A DNA stretch of 64,000 nucleotides from Turneriella sp. GTDB lineage: Bacteria > Spirochaetota > Leptospiria > Turneriellales > Turneriellaceae. The DNA is taken from positions 54,478 through 118,477 of the forward strand of contig JAXMHG010000006.1 in the NCBI GenBank assembly GCA_046346875.1. The letters run 5' to 3'. The stretch's first letter is position 1. Every line of letters starts with the position of its first letter. A program made the position numbers and the translations under genes. The notes beneath the pieces are model-generated. The model saw nothing but the letters and a program-made list of their open reading frames with translations. It was not told where the DNA came from and did not search any database. Shown one piece after another: positions 17,313 to 26,014 of this stretch.

Positions 17313-18247
17313 AGTCTGTAAAGGTCCGCGAGCTGCTGGGGAGCGCTGATCGGCTGAAGATCAGGCTCATCAACGAAGATGCGGATCTCGATCGCGAGCT
17401 TCGCGAAATCGACGTCAACCGTCCCGGTCTTGCGCTCAATGGTTTTTTTGAACACTTTGCGCACGACCGGATGCAGGTCTTTGGCCAGGGGGAGCATGCT
17501 TATGTAAGCAGTATGAACCCCGAGCGCATCAGCGAGCCCCTGGAACGTTATTTTAATTACCCTATAACGGGGATCGTCTTCACTCACGACAACTATCCGC
17601 CTGAGCAGTTTCTGTCTTACGCGGTGAAGAACCGCACTCCGGTTTTTGTTTCCAGCCTGCGAACCAGCAAGTTCATCAATGTTTTCACGGACTTCCTCGA
17701 CGCCGCTCTGGCGCCGCAGACGCTACTGCACGGCACGCTGGTCGAAGTCTTTGGTGTCGGTGTTTTGATCCAGGGAAAAAGCGGAGTTGGTAAGAGCGAA
17801 ACCGCGCTTGAACTGGTCGAGCGCGGGCACCGACTGGTTGCAGATGATGCCGTGCGTATCGTTTGCCGCGACGGGTCGCGGCTGCAGGGTTTTGTCTCTG
17901 AGACAATTGGGCATCACCTCGAAATACGTGGCCTGGGAATCATCAATATCAGCGACCTCTTTGGTGCTGGTGCTGTGCGTAACGACAAGCTTATTGACTT
18001 AATTGTTCATCTCGAAGACTGGGACGATAAGAAAGAATACGATCGCCTGGGGCTCGAAGATGTGACTGAAGATATCCTTGGGGTTGATATCGCCGTCATG
18101 ACGATACCGGTCCGTCCCGGACGAAATGTACCTGTACTGATTGAAACTGCGGCCAAGAATTTCAACCTGAAGTCCCGCGGTCACCACGCGGCCAGGAAAT
18201 TCCAGGAAAGGCTTGCACGCATGATTCGCGAGGCAGCAGAGAGCTAA
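17309..18247 (+). CDS. hprK: HPr kinase/phosphorylase; probable CTG start overlapping the hpf stop
   Basis: Frame extends upstream of the given ORF through the conserved VNRPGLALNGFF; Walker A GKSGVGKSETALEL; HRLVADD; no ATG/GTG/TTG in frame between the stop at 17192 and 17471; AGAGG 8 nt upstream of CTG 17309. Confidence 0.93.
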   Translation: MKSVKVRELLGSADRLKIRLINEDADLDRELREIDVNRPGLALNGFFEHFAHDRMQVFGQGEHAYVSSMNPERISEPLERYFNYPITGIVFTHDNYPPEQFLSYAVKNRTPVFVSSLRTSKFINVFTDFLDAALAPQTLLHGTLVEVFGVGVLIQGKSGVGKSETALELVERGHRLVADDAVRIVCRDGSRLQGFVSETIGHHLEIRGLGIINISDLFGAGAVRNDKLIDLIVHLEDWDDKKEYDRLGLEDVTEDILGVDIAVMTIPVRPGRNVPVLIETAAKNFNLKSRGHHAARKFQERLARMIREAAES

Positions 18248-18255
18248 AAGACGCC

Positions 18256-18522
18256 ATGGTTTCCAAAACAGTCACGATCCAGAATGAGACAGGTGTTCAT
18301 GCCCGACCGGCGGCTGTCTTCGTCAAAATGGCCAACCGGTTTCCCTGCGAGATCTTCGTCGAAAAAGACGAGCAGCGTATCAATGGTAAGAGTATCATGG
18401 GCCTGATGATGCTTGCCCTGACCCGGGACAGCCGCATAACTGTAATCGCCGAAGGCGATAAAGAAGCCGATGCAGTCGAGGCGCTCTGCCGGTTAGTAGA
18501 AAACAGTTTTGTTGAAGCTTAA
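18256..18522 (+). CDS. ptsH: Phosphocarrier protein HPr
   Basis: GVHARPAA (His15), NGKSIMGLMML (Ser46). Confidence 0.95.
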   Translation: MVSKTVTIQNETGVHARPAAVFVKMANRFPCEIFVEKDEQRINGKSIMGLMMLALTRDSRITVIAEGDKEADAVEALCRLVENSFVEA

Positions 18523-18556
18523 GAGCCCCTAAGCGACAGATAACCGCGAGGCCGTT

Positions 18557-19495
18557 TCACGGCCTGGGATATTCCGGGTGTCGCGGACGCATGGCCAGCT
18601 TTCGGCCTTCAAATTCGTAGATTGCCCGTTTGCCGTAGTAATCGCCCGCAGTCTCTTCCACATGGCAGTCAGCGTTCTGCGCAGTACCCCTGATGGACCA
18701 GGCAAGGTCAATGCGGCGCCGCAGTTCACGCATTTCAGCCGGGTCTGAAGACATCTTCTGGTCGGGGCCGGGCAGGGTCTTGTCGAGTGTGAAGTGTTTT
18801 TCAATGACTACAGCTCCCGCCGCGATTGCTGCGAAAGCCGCGTCGCTTTCTTCGGTGTGGTCGGAAAAACCAAGGGGTATATTTGCCGGGTCGGGTAGCA
18901 GCTGCCTGATTCGTGCCAGGCGGCCGATATTGGCCTTTGCCAGTGGGGTGGGATAAAGCGAAACACAGTGCAACAGGCAGTAGCTGCCGCCAAGATCTTC
19001 CAGTCGCTTTATGGCGCGGCGGATTTCCTCTTCTGATGCTGCACCGGTTGATACCAGCAGGGGTTTTCCCGTTTGCGCCGCGGCAGAAATAAGCCCGAAA
19101 TTATTCACGTCGCCCGAGGCAATCTTGAACGCTGGTACCTCGAGTGCTTCGAGCCTTGTAACCCAGTCTTCGGTAAGCGGTGTCGAGAAAAATGCCATAC
19201 CTTTGCTGACGACGTAATCCCTCAGCCCGCGATGGAACTCCGCATCAAGTTCAAGGCTCGCGAAGATATCATAGAGCCCGTGCACATTTTCAAATTGCCG
19301 GTTGATAAAAAAACGCGTGGTGTACGACTGCAGCTTCACCGCGTCGACACCACTTGCAGCCGCAGCATCTGCCATTTTCATCGCCAGGGCGATATCGCGG
19401 TTGTGGTTTAGTCCGAATTCTGCGATCAGGAATGGGCGTTCAGAGGCAGAAAGAGTGCGGTCCGCCGGGTTGGCGGCAGATTTCTTCAGTACCAT
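18557..19495 (-). CDS. NeuB/PseI-family N-acetylneuraminate (nonulosonate) synthase with short C-terminus
   Basis: IAEFGLNHN, DAVKLQ, FKIASGD, LLHCVSLYP, GFSDHT, IEKHFTLD. Confidence 0.88.
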   Translation of the reverse strand: MVLKKSAANPADRTLSASERPFLIAEFGLNHNRDIALAMKMADAAAASGVDAVKLQSYTTRFFINRQFENVHGLYDIFASLELDAEFHRGLRDYVVSKGMAFFSTPLTEDWVTRLEALEVPAFKIASGDVNNFGLISAAAQTGKPLLVSTGAASEEEIRRAIKRLEDLGGSYCLLHCVSLYPTPLAKANIGRLARIRQLLPDPANIPLGFSDHTEESDAAFAAIAAGAVVIEKHFTLDKTLPGPDQKMSSDPAEMRELRRRIDLAWSIRGTAQNADCHVEETAGDYYGKRAIYEFEGRKLAMRPRHPEYPRP

Positions 19496-19543
19496 AGAAG
19501 TTTATCGGCGTGCCGGAAAACGAGGAAGACCGAAAAACGCTAA

Positions 19544-20860
19544 TCAACGTTTTTTTGAACGACCGCGCAGACCTTTGAGGAATTTGATCGGGTTAACGTT
19601 TTCGCCGTTCTTGGAAATCTCAAAATGCAGGTGTGGCCCAAACGAGTAGCCGGTGTCACCGGTGCGGCCGAGAACCTGGCCGCGACGCACCCTTTGGCCT
19701 ACTGCAACATGGCGGCGGCTCAGGTGCGCATAGAGTGTCTTATAGGTATCGTCGTGCTGTATGATGATGGCATTGCCATAACCGCCCAGCCAGCCTGAGT
19801 AGGTGATGGTCCCCGATTTGGCCGCACGCACCGGCACATAGAAGGCCTTGAGATCTAGTCCTTTGTGGAAAGCAGAGCGTGGCCAGCTGCGCCAGCCGTA
19901 ACCACTGGTGACGACCCGGCTGGAAACCGGTATCAGCCAACCCTCGGCGCGGCGTATCGGCTTCGCACCTGGCAGAAAAATTTCTTCGCCGGCATCGAGC
20001 AGGTCGACGTTCACGTGCTCGTTTTCAGCGATGAATTTATCGAGTGAAACCTTGTGTGCCTGCAGGACGTTCGCGAGGCGTTCATTCTTTTTCACGATGT
20101 AGTAAATTCCGTCGCGTGTGGGAATAGAAAGCGTCTGTCCGACAGACACATCCTGGAACTCATCAAGCCGGCTTGAGCCGCTGATTGACTCGGGTTTTAC
20201 CTTGTATTTTTTTGCAATGGACTGCAGGGTGTCGCCGGGTTTCACCTTGTACTGCAGTTTCTGGACCTTGTTTGCCTGTTTCTCGGCGGCCTTACTTTCT
20301 TCGGAGCGTTCTTCAATGACGCCCATCAATTGGTTCTTGATCTTTTCATCTTCTTCGAACTGGGCAATTTCGCCGGTTATGTCAGCGGCATCGTTGATGA
20401 CCTTGCCCGATTCGAGGCGACCCACACCACCCACGCCGGTTTTGGTTTCGGCAAATGCGAGCTTCACTGCATTCTGGCGTTTTTTCCAGAACATGAGCCC
20501 GAGCGAGGCGGTGAGGCAGATAACACCCATGACCATCCACAGCGCGGCTTTGCGGTCAACGCGAAGCGCACCGCTCTTCAGCGTACCGCCACGCTTGTAG
20601 AAATACAGAAACTGTCCCTTACCCTGGTAAGAGATCTCGGCGAAACCGAGATTGATACGCAGGGGAGTTGCGCTTTGTGTGCCAGTTGTATGGTTTGGCA
20701 GCGACGCAGAAAGCGGCGCAGCGCTTTTGGCCTCTTCAGGCTTTAGGGTGAAGAAATCTTTCTTCGGGTTTTTGCGAGCCGATGAATTAAGCATGCCAGG
20801 CCTGTATCCATATTTTCGACCCGGAGCGCCCGTTTGTGTGAGACCTTTTTTTCTGGCCAA
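19544..20860 (-). CDS. LysM + M23 metalloendopeptidase (catalytic motifs intact); start uncertain (TTG 20860 or ATG 20794)
   Basis: TM helix, LysM (YKVKPGDTLQSIA), HKGLD, LYAHL, GPHLHFEI. Confidence 0.88.
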   Translation of the reverse strand: MARKKGLTQTGAPGRKYGYRPGMLNSSARKNPKKDFFTLKPEEAKSAAPLSASLPNHTTGTQSATPLRINLGFAEISYQGKGQFLYFYKRGGTLKSGALRVDRKAALWMVMGVICLTASLGLMFWKKRQNAVKLAFAETKTGVGGVGRLESGKVINDAADITGEIAQFEEDEKIKNQLMGVIEERSEESKAAEKQANKVQKLQYKVKPGDTLQSIAKKYKVKPESISGSSRLDEFQDVSVGQTLSIPTRDGIYYIVKKNERLANVLQAHKVSLDKFIAENEHVNVDLLDAGEEIFLPGAKPIRRAEGWLIPVSSRVVTSGYGWRSWPRSAFHKGLDLKAFYVPVRAAKSGTITYSGWLGGYGNAIIIQHDDTYKTLYAHLSRRHVAVGQRVRRGQVLGRTGDTGYSFGPHLHFEISKNGENVNPIKFLKGLRGRSKKR

Positions 20861-20874
20861 GACGCCAACCCGTT

Positions 20875-21282
20875 TTATTGAATGCCTTTCTTGTCCAGCT
20901 CACGGACAAGACCGTAGCTTTCTTCTACAATTTTGCGTGGGTCTTTTTTATGACCACCATGGATGTTAACATTGCCCTTCAGTACAACACCACGTGAAAT
21001 GTTGAGCACCGGGGTCGTGATGTCGCCGAGCATTCTGCCGGTTTCGGTCAGCCGTACCTCATCTTTTGCTTCGATGTCGCCGATCAGCGTGCCAGCCAGA
21101 ATGACTTCGCGCGCTGAAATATTCGTTTTGACCTTACCGGTCTCGCCGACCACCAGTGCTTCGTCCGTGCGGATGTCTCCTTCGAACTTGCCGTCTACGC
21201 GCAGGCTGCCGGCAATGTAGAAGCGACCTTCGAAAATCGAACCTTCGCCGATTACAGAGTTAGTATTATCGTATTTAGCCAT
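20875..21282 (-). CDS. Bactofilin (polymer-forming cytoskeletal protein)
   Basis: SVIGEGSIFEG...LRVDGKFEGDI beta-helix repeats. Confidence 0.92.
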   Translation of the reverse strand: MAKYDNTNSVIGEGSIFEGRFYIAGSLRVDGKFEGDIRTDEALVVGETGKVKTNISAREVILAGTLIGDIEAKDEVRLTETGRMLGDITTPVLNISRGVVLKGNVNIHGGHKKDPRKIVEESYGLVRELDKKGIQ

Positions 21283-21428
21283 AGGTCACCTGTGCGGAAA
21301 ATATGGGTCAGAATCAACTAATGAGGCGCGGCGAGAACCAAAAAAGGCTTTCAGGAGTTCGTGCCCGGTATAAGGGTGAGGGCGGGGCGGGCTGTATTAC
21401 AGGCCGAGGTGCCGTCTGGCGGCAAAAC

Positions 21429-21456
21429 TCAAAATCGTTCTGTTTTTTGCCGATAT
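21429..21456 (+). promoter_or_regulatory. Putative sigma28 (FliA) promoter
   Basis: TCAAA-N15-GCCGATAT ending 8 nt before ATG 21465; consensus is TAAA-N15-GCCGATAA. Confidence 0.4.
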
Positions 21457-21464
21457 ACAGACAG

Positions 21465-21998
21465 ATGCTCCTCAAAGGAAAGGCGGTTCTCTTGCTGGCC
21501 ACTGCCTGCATCTGCAGTGCGACCGAAGCCTTGAGGCACCATGCCGAACGTGCCGATCAGCCTGATTTTGCCGATTACCGGCAGAGTGGTCGCGTCATCA
21601 GGACGTATTCCGGCAACGCAGAGCACAACCACTACGGTGTCACTCTGCGTCTGCGCGACGCCAGTGTGAGAGCCCTGGCAGAGGGGACAGTCTACAGCGC
21701 AGGCCAGCTCAGGGGATATGGCAATGTCGTCATTGTCGACCACGGTCACGGCTGGCATACCCTGTATTCCGACATAGCCGAGATTAGGGTTGCGGTCGGA
21801 CAGCAGGTCAGGCGCGGCGCGGTGCTCGGTACGCCGCGCGAGAAAAGGCTTTTTTTGGTTGTATCCTACAAGGGCAATCCAATAAACCCCTCAGATGTAA
21901 TAGGTCGACGCCCCCGCAATGCCGGTGGTCATTCAGAACGAGTGCAAAGCCGTTCGGGTGTTCCGTCGCTGGCGGCTGTCGCAATAAATGCAGGATAA
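21465..21998 (+). CDS. Secreted M23-fold protein with degenerate zinc ligands (EnvC-like, probably inactive)
   Basis: GYGNVVIVDHGHG, VGQQVRRG core present; HxxxD reads HYGVT, YAH reads YSD, HLH absent. Confidence 0.8.
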   Translation: MLLKGKAVLLLATACICSATEALRHHAERADQPDFADYRQSGRVIRTYSGNAEHNHYGVTLRLRDASVRALAEGTVYSAGQLRGYGNVVIVDHGHGWHTLYSDIAEIRVAVGQQVRRGAVLGTPREKRLFLVVSYKGNPINPSDVIGRRPRNAGGHSERVQSRSGVPSLAAVAINAG

Positions 21999-22001
21999 TA
22001 A

Positions 22002-23234
22002 ATGGCTTGGGAACTGGTCAACGGAACGATTGTAACTCCGCGCGACGTGATTGAACGTGGTTCGGTGCAGATTGAGAAGACACGTGTCTCCCAGGTGAGC
22101 AAAAGTTCGCGCAAATCTGCGGACATGATGCAGATCGATGTCAACGGGATGCTGATTTTTCCCGGCCTCATCAATTGCCACGACCACCTGCTCGGCACCT
22201 ATGTGCCACGCGTCGGCGACCGCAGGCCGTACCTCAACTGGCTCGAATGGGACAACGATCTCAAGAGTTCGCCAATCTACGCGGAGCGGCAGCAGATTGA
22301 ATCTTCTGACCTGTACCAGCTGGGTGGTTTTCGCCACCTGCTCTGTGGAATTACCCGCGTGCAGGATCACATTCCGCATTTCGTTCGCGAGCTGTTTGCG
22401 AAAGACATGCCGATTCGTATTATTTCTGATTTTGCCATGGCGCATTCGGTTACTTCCTTTGCGCTCAAGTGGGGCGACGGCATCGAAGCTGAGCATGCAA
22501 AAGCAAAAGAAAAGAACATCCCCTTTATCACGCACTGCTCAGAGGGTTACGATGAAGAAACGCTGCGCAGCGTAGAAACACTGGCCGCTAAGAAAGCTCT
22601 CAGCAAGCAGACGGTATTGATTCACGGTATCGCGTTCACCGACAAAGACATGGAACTGCTCGCCGAACACCAGTGCAACGTCGTCTGGTGCCCGGTCTCG
22701 AATCTTTACATGTTTGAGCAGACCGCGCGCGTTAAAGAACTTATGGATATGGGTATCAACGTGACGCTGGGTACCGATTCACCCATGTCGGGAAGTTTCA
22801 GTATCTTTGAAGAGTTCCGTACGGCGAGGGAGTTCTACCAATACGCTTACGGTCGCGCGATTGATGATCGTGCGCTGGTTGATATGATGACCGTGAACGC
22901 GGCCAGGGCCATGTGCCTGCCTGACGCGGGCGAGATAGCAGAGGGCAAAGCTGCCGACCTGCTGCTGATCGACGGCAACTCGACGAACCCCTGGGCGGCG
23001 CTGACGCATGCAGATTACGCCGATATCATGCTCGTGATCGCCGAAGGCCAGCCGCGTTACGGCGACATCGCCTTCGCACCGGTCTTTGATGCAATGAAAA
23101 TTCCCTACCAGACGATCCTGGTGAAAGGGGCGCGCAAGATCATCGCCGGCGATATACTCGGGCTGCAAAATCGTGTACGGCGCGCGGTCAAATTCAGGAA
23201 AGAACTCGACTTCCTGCCGATAGAGGCTGCCTGA
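22002..23234 (+). CDS. Amidohydrolase-superfamily deaminase, possibly a CadD-like cAMP deaminase
   Basis: PGLINCHDHL, HCSEG, LIHG, LGTDS metal and catalytic motifs; gene context with cNMP-binding genes. Confidence 0.8.
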   Translation: MAWELVNGTIVTPRDVIERGSVQIEKTRVSQVSKSSRKSADMMQIDVNGMLIFPGLINCHDHLLGTYVPRVGDRRPYLNWLEWDNDLKSSPIYAERQQIESSDLYQLGGFRHLLCGITRVQDHIPHFVRELFAKDMPIRIISDFAMAHSVTSFALKWGDGIEAEHAKAKEKNIPFITHCSEGYDEETLRSVETLAAKKALSKQTVLIHGIAFTDKDMELLAEHQCNVVWCPVSNLYMFEQTARVKELMDMGINVTLGTDSPMSGSFSIFEEFRTAREFYQYAYGRAIDDRALVDMMTVNAARAMCLPDAGEIAEGKAADLLLIDGNSTNPWAALTHADYADIMLVIAEGQPRYGDIAFAPVFDAMKIPYQTILVKGARKIIAGDILGLQNRVRRAVKFRKELDFLPIEAA

Positions 23235-24400
23235 TGCCATTAACGCGTAACTATTCTGCCGGTTCCATCGTTTACTTCGCCGGTGACGTCGGCGAAGATA
23301 TCTACGTCATGCAGAAGGGACGTATCTCTCTTATCTCCACTTCGCTCGACCAAAAAGACGACATTAAAGAAGATGTGCGCAAGGGCGAATTTTTCGGGGT
23401 AAAGTCGGCTCTGGGCCGCTATCCCCGTGAAGAGACAGCGCAGGTTTTAGCCGATTCGCAGGTGCTGGTTTTCAAACTGGCGGAGTTTGAGCAGTTCGCG
23501 CAGAAAAATACCCGCATTGTACTGCAGATGCTCAAGGTCTTTTCGTCGCAGCTGCGCCGCGTGCACAAGGCAGTGCGCGAGTTCCTGGGGGAACACGGTG
23601 CTTCCGAAGCTTCGATGGAGCTCGTGCGCGTCGGTGAATACTACTACAAAGCAGGCAAAACCGACTATGCTCTTTATGTCTTTAATGCGTACCTGAAAAA
23701 TTACCCGGCAGGTTCACTGACCGAACGTGTCCGGCGCCTGGCGCAGCTGGTAAAAGAAGGAGCTCCCTTCCCGATCGACCTGCCCGATATCAATGAAGAA
23801 GTGCACAGCAACGACGTTGCCCAGCGCACCGGCCAGATCGCGCAGCAAATGCATGACGACCCCGCCGACGACTATGCTATCCATGACCACGGCGATATCA
23901 CTCCCGATTTGCCCGACATGGGCGATATGCCTGGCGATTTACCCGATCTTCCGCCGCCGGCAGGTGATTTCGACATGCCGATGCCCGATGATTTCGACGC
24001 AGCACCGGCCAAAACCCCGACGCAGCAGTTTAATGCCGGCCTGAGCGCATTTGCCGCGCAGCAGTTTGACGAAGCTCTTGCTGCGTACGAAGACGCTCTC
24101 TCCCTGGGGGGGGCATCAGATCCCGTGTTGCATGAGAAGCTACTCTACGAGCTGGGTCGCACCTACGTGAAGAAAAACAATGCCAAGAGCGCGGTGGAGA
24201 AATTCTCTGAATTACTGCGGACCTTCGCGCACGGTACCCTTGCGCGCAAGACCATGATCCAGCTGGCGGAAATTTACGAGCGCGCCAAAGATACTAATCG
24301 TGCGGCGGCGCTGTATGAGAAAGCCGCGCAGATGCCACCGCAGGATAAAGAGGCAAACATCGCACACCAAAAGGCAAACCAGCTCAGGGGGCGCAAATGA
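23234..24400 (+). CDS. cNMP-binding domain + TPR protein with an Asp/Pro-rich linker
   Basis: cNMP fold (GDVGEDIYVMQKGRI...GEFFGVKSALGRYPREETA), TPR helices; TGATG overlap with the upstream gene. Confidence 0.85.
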   Translation: MPLTRNYSAGSIVYFAGDVGEDIYVMQKGRISLISTSLDQKDDIKEDVRKGEFFGVKSALGRYPREETAQVLADSQVLVFKLAEFEQFAQKNTRIVLQMLKVFSSQLRRVHKAVREFLGEHGASEASMELVRVGEYYYKAGKTDYALYVFNAYLKNYPAGSLTERVRRLAQLVKEGAPFPIDLPDINEEVHSNDVAQRTGQIAQQMHDDPADDYAIHDHGDITPDLPDMGDMPGDLPDLPPPAGDFDMPMPDDFDAAPAKTPTQQFNAGLSAFAAQQFDEALAAYEDALSLGGASDPVLHEKLLYELGRTYVKKNNAKSAVEKFSELLRTFAHGTLARKTMIQLAEIYERAKDTNRAAALYEKAAQMPPQDKEANIAHQKANQLRGRK

Positions 24401-25038
24401 CGGGCGGCGCGCTGTTCAGTAAATTTGGCAAGCAATACAATACGGGTGAAATTCTTTTCTGCGAGTTTGAGCCGGGTAACAGTTTTTACCTGATCCAGAC
24501 TGGTCGCGTGAAGATCTCCAAGGTTGTTAAAGATAAAGAAAAGACGATGGATATTCTCGGGGTAGGTGACATTTTCGGTGAGATGGCCATTCTCGAAGAA
24601 CAGCCGCGATCAGCCACGGCGACAGCCATTGAACCCGTTACAGTCCTGCATTTTGACCGGGACAACTTTGTCTCGATGATGATGAGCCAGCCGCAGCTGG
24701 CTTTTAAGCTACTGGTGGTATTCTCCAAGCGTATTTATGACGCCAAGCGGCGCCTCATGATACTGCTGCTCGACGACATCCAGTCGAAAATAGCCGACGT
24801 TTTTCTGATGCTCGCAGAGAAAGAGCCGACGTATGCCAGCATGCGCGAAGTGTCTTTTCCCGTAACTGTAGACGATGTCGCCAACTGGGCAGGGGTGAGC
24901 GCCGACCAGGTTTCAGAGCAGCTCAACCACTGGGCTAAAATCGGCAAGGTGGAGCTTTACAGCGACCGTATTTTTGTCCGCAACCTTGTGGATTTCAAGC
25001 GAATCGTAGCACAGAAGCGTAAGACAGAAAAAAGATAA
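24397..25038 (+). CDS. Crp/Fnr-family transcriptional regulator
   Basis: GDIFGEMAILEEQPRSATA phosphate-binding cassette, C-terminal winged HTH; ATGA overlap. Confidence 0.9.
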   Translation: MTGGALFSKFGKQYNTGEILFCEFEPGNSFYLIQTGRVKISKVVKDKEKTMDILGVGDIFGEMAILEEQPRSATATAIEPVTVLHFDRDNFVSMMMSQPQLAFKLLVVFSKRIYDAKRRLMILLLDDIQSKIADVFLMLAEKEPTYASMREVSFPVTVDDVANWAGVSADQVSEQLNHWAKIGKVELYSDRIFVRNLVDFKRIVAQKRKTEKR

Positions 25039-25079
25039 ATAACAGATGGAAAATTGCCGACATTCAAATGAGGTATATC

Positions 25080-25910
25080 ATGTTACGTAAATTCACTTTC
25101 GCCCTCTTCTTCTCGGCTTCGGCGCTGTTAGCGCAGGATTCAGACAAAAAGTCATCTTCAGAGCAGCCGGCTACTGCCTCACAACCGGCAGGCGGGCGCA
25201 TACGTGACGACCGCGTTTCGGTTGAAAACGTCAGTTTCTGGAAGAAGAACGCTACCGACGGAAAAGGTGACTATCTCGAGGTAACGTTCGATATCATGAA
25301 TAAGAGCGAAGACGCCATTCCGCTCAAGATGTTCGTCATCGCCTTTAACGAGCGTGATCTGGTGGACAAAGAATACCGCCGTTTCGTCGAATACCCAAAA
25401 TGGCGCGTTTTCGACGAAGACAAGAAAATGCACAAGCTGGTGCTCTTTGACAGTATTCCGGCGACGAAACATGAAGACGTGGCGGCCTTCGCCCGCAAAA
25501 AAGAAGAAGCTGTTGCCAAGAACGGCGGGTTCAAGCCCCGGGAAGATGCAGACGAGAATACCGGGCCAAAGAAGAAGACCACGCTGAAGCAGTTTCTGCA
25601 GTACGTGCAGTATGTTCACGAAAACCCGAACGCCGGTGTGGATGTTATGCTACAGGGTTACGAAAACACGAACTATAACATCAAGTGCGCTGGTGAGGCG
25701 AAAGCCGGCAAAAAATGCCTCGAGAAGAAGGGCGCCTACCTGATCGAAGAAAAAGCGCTCAAAGTGAATGTCTGGGCCAAGTTGCTCGCGCGTTACACGG
25801 TAGATAAGAAATTCTTCAATCACCTCGGCCTTATTTTGTACGATACTGAGTCGAAAAAGATCGTCCATCGCCAGTTCTACAGTATCAACGGCCGTTTCAA
25901 AATCTACTAG
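25080..25910 (+). CDS. Hypothetical exported protein
   Basis: GAGGT RBS, signal peptide MLRKFTFALFFSASALLA, strong codon bias. Confidence 0.75.
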   Translation: MLRKFTFALFFSASALLAQDSDKKSSSEQPATASQPAGGRIRDDRVSVENVSFWKKNATDGKGDYLEVTFDIMNKSEDAIPLKMFVIAFNERDLVDKEYRRFVEYPKWRVFDEDKKMHKLVLFDSIPATKHEDVAAFARKKEEAVAKNGGFKPREDADENTGPKKKTTLKQFLQYVQYVHENPNAGVDVMLQGYENTNYNIKCAGEAKAGKKCLEKKGAYLIEEKALKVNVWAKLLARYTVDKKFFNHLGLILYDTESKKIVHRQFYSINGRFKIY

Positions 25911-25921
25911 ATTCCAGACCG

Positions 25922-25940
25922 GGCTCCTGAAAAAGGAGCC
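25922..25940. terminator. Hairpin GGCTCCT-GAAAA-AGGAGCC (same family as 16-41)
   Basis: Perfect 7-bp stem 11 nt after the stop. Confidence 0.55.
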
Positions 25941-26014
25941 TGAGCCTTGTGGCACATAACAGCCGCCCAATGCATATTGATTGTCGCCGCAGTTGATCCT
26001 CTTTACCTGACGCC

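Noticed and set aside
25950-25967. TGGCAC as a sigma54 -24 element (also at 34639)
   Set aside because: No TTGC -12 element at the required spacing
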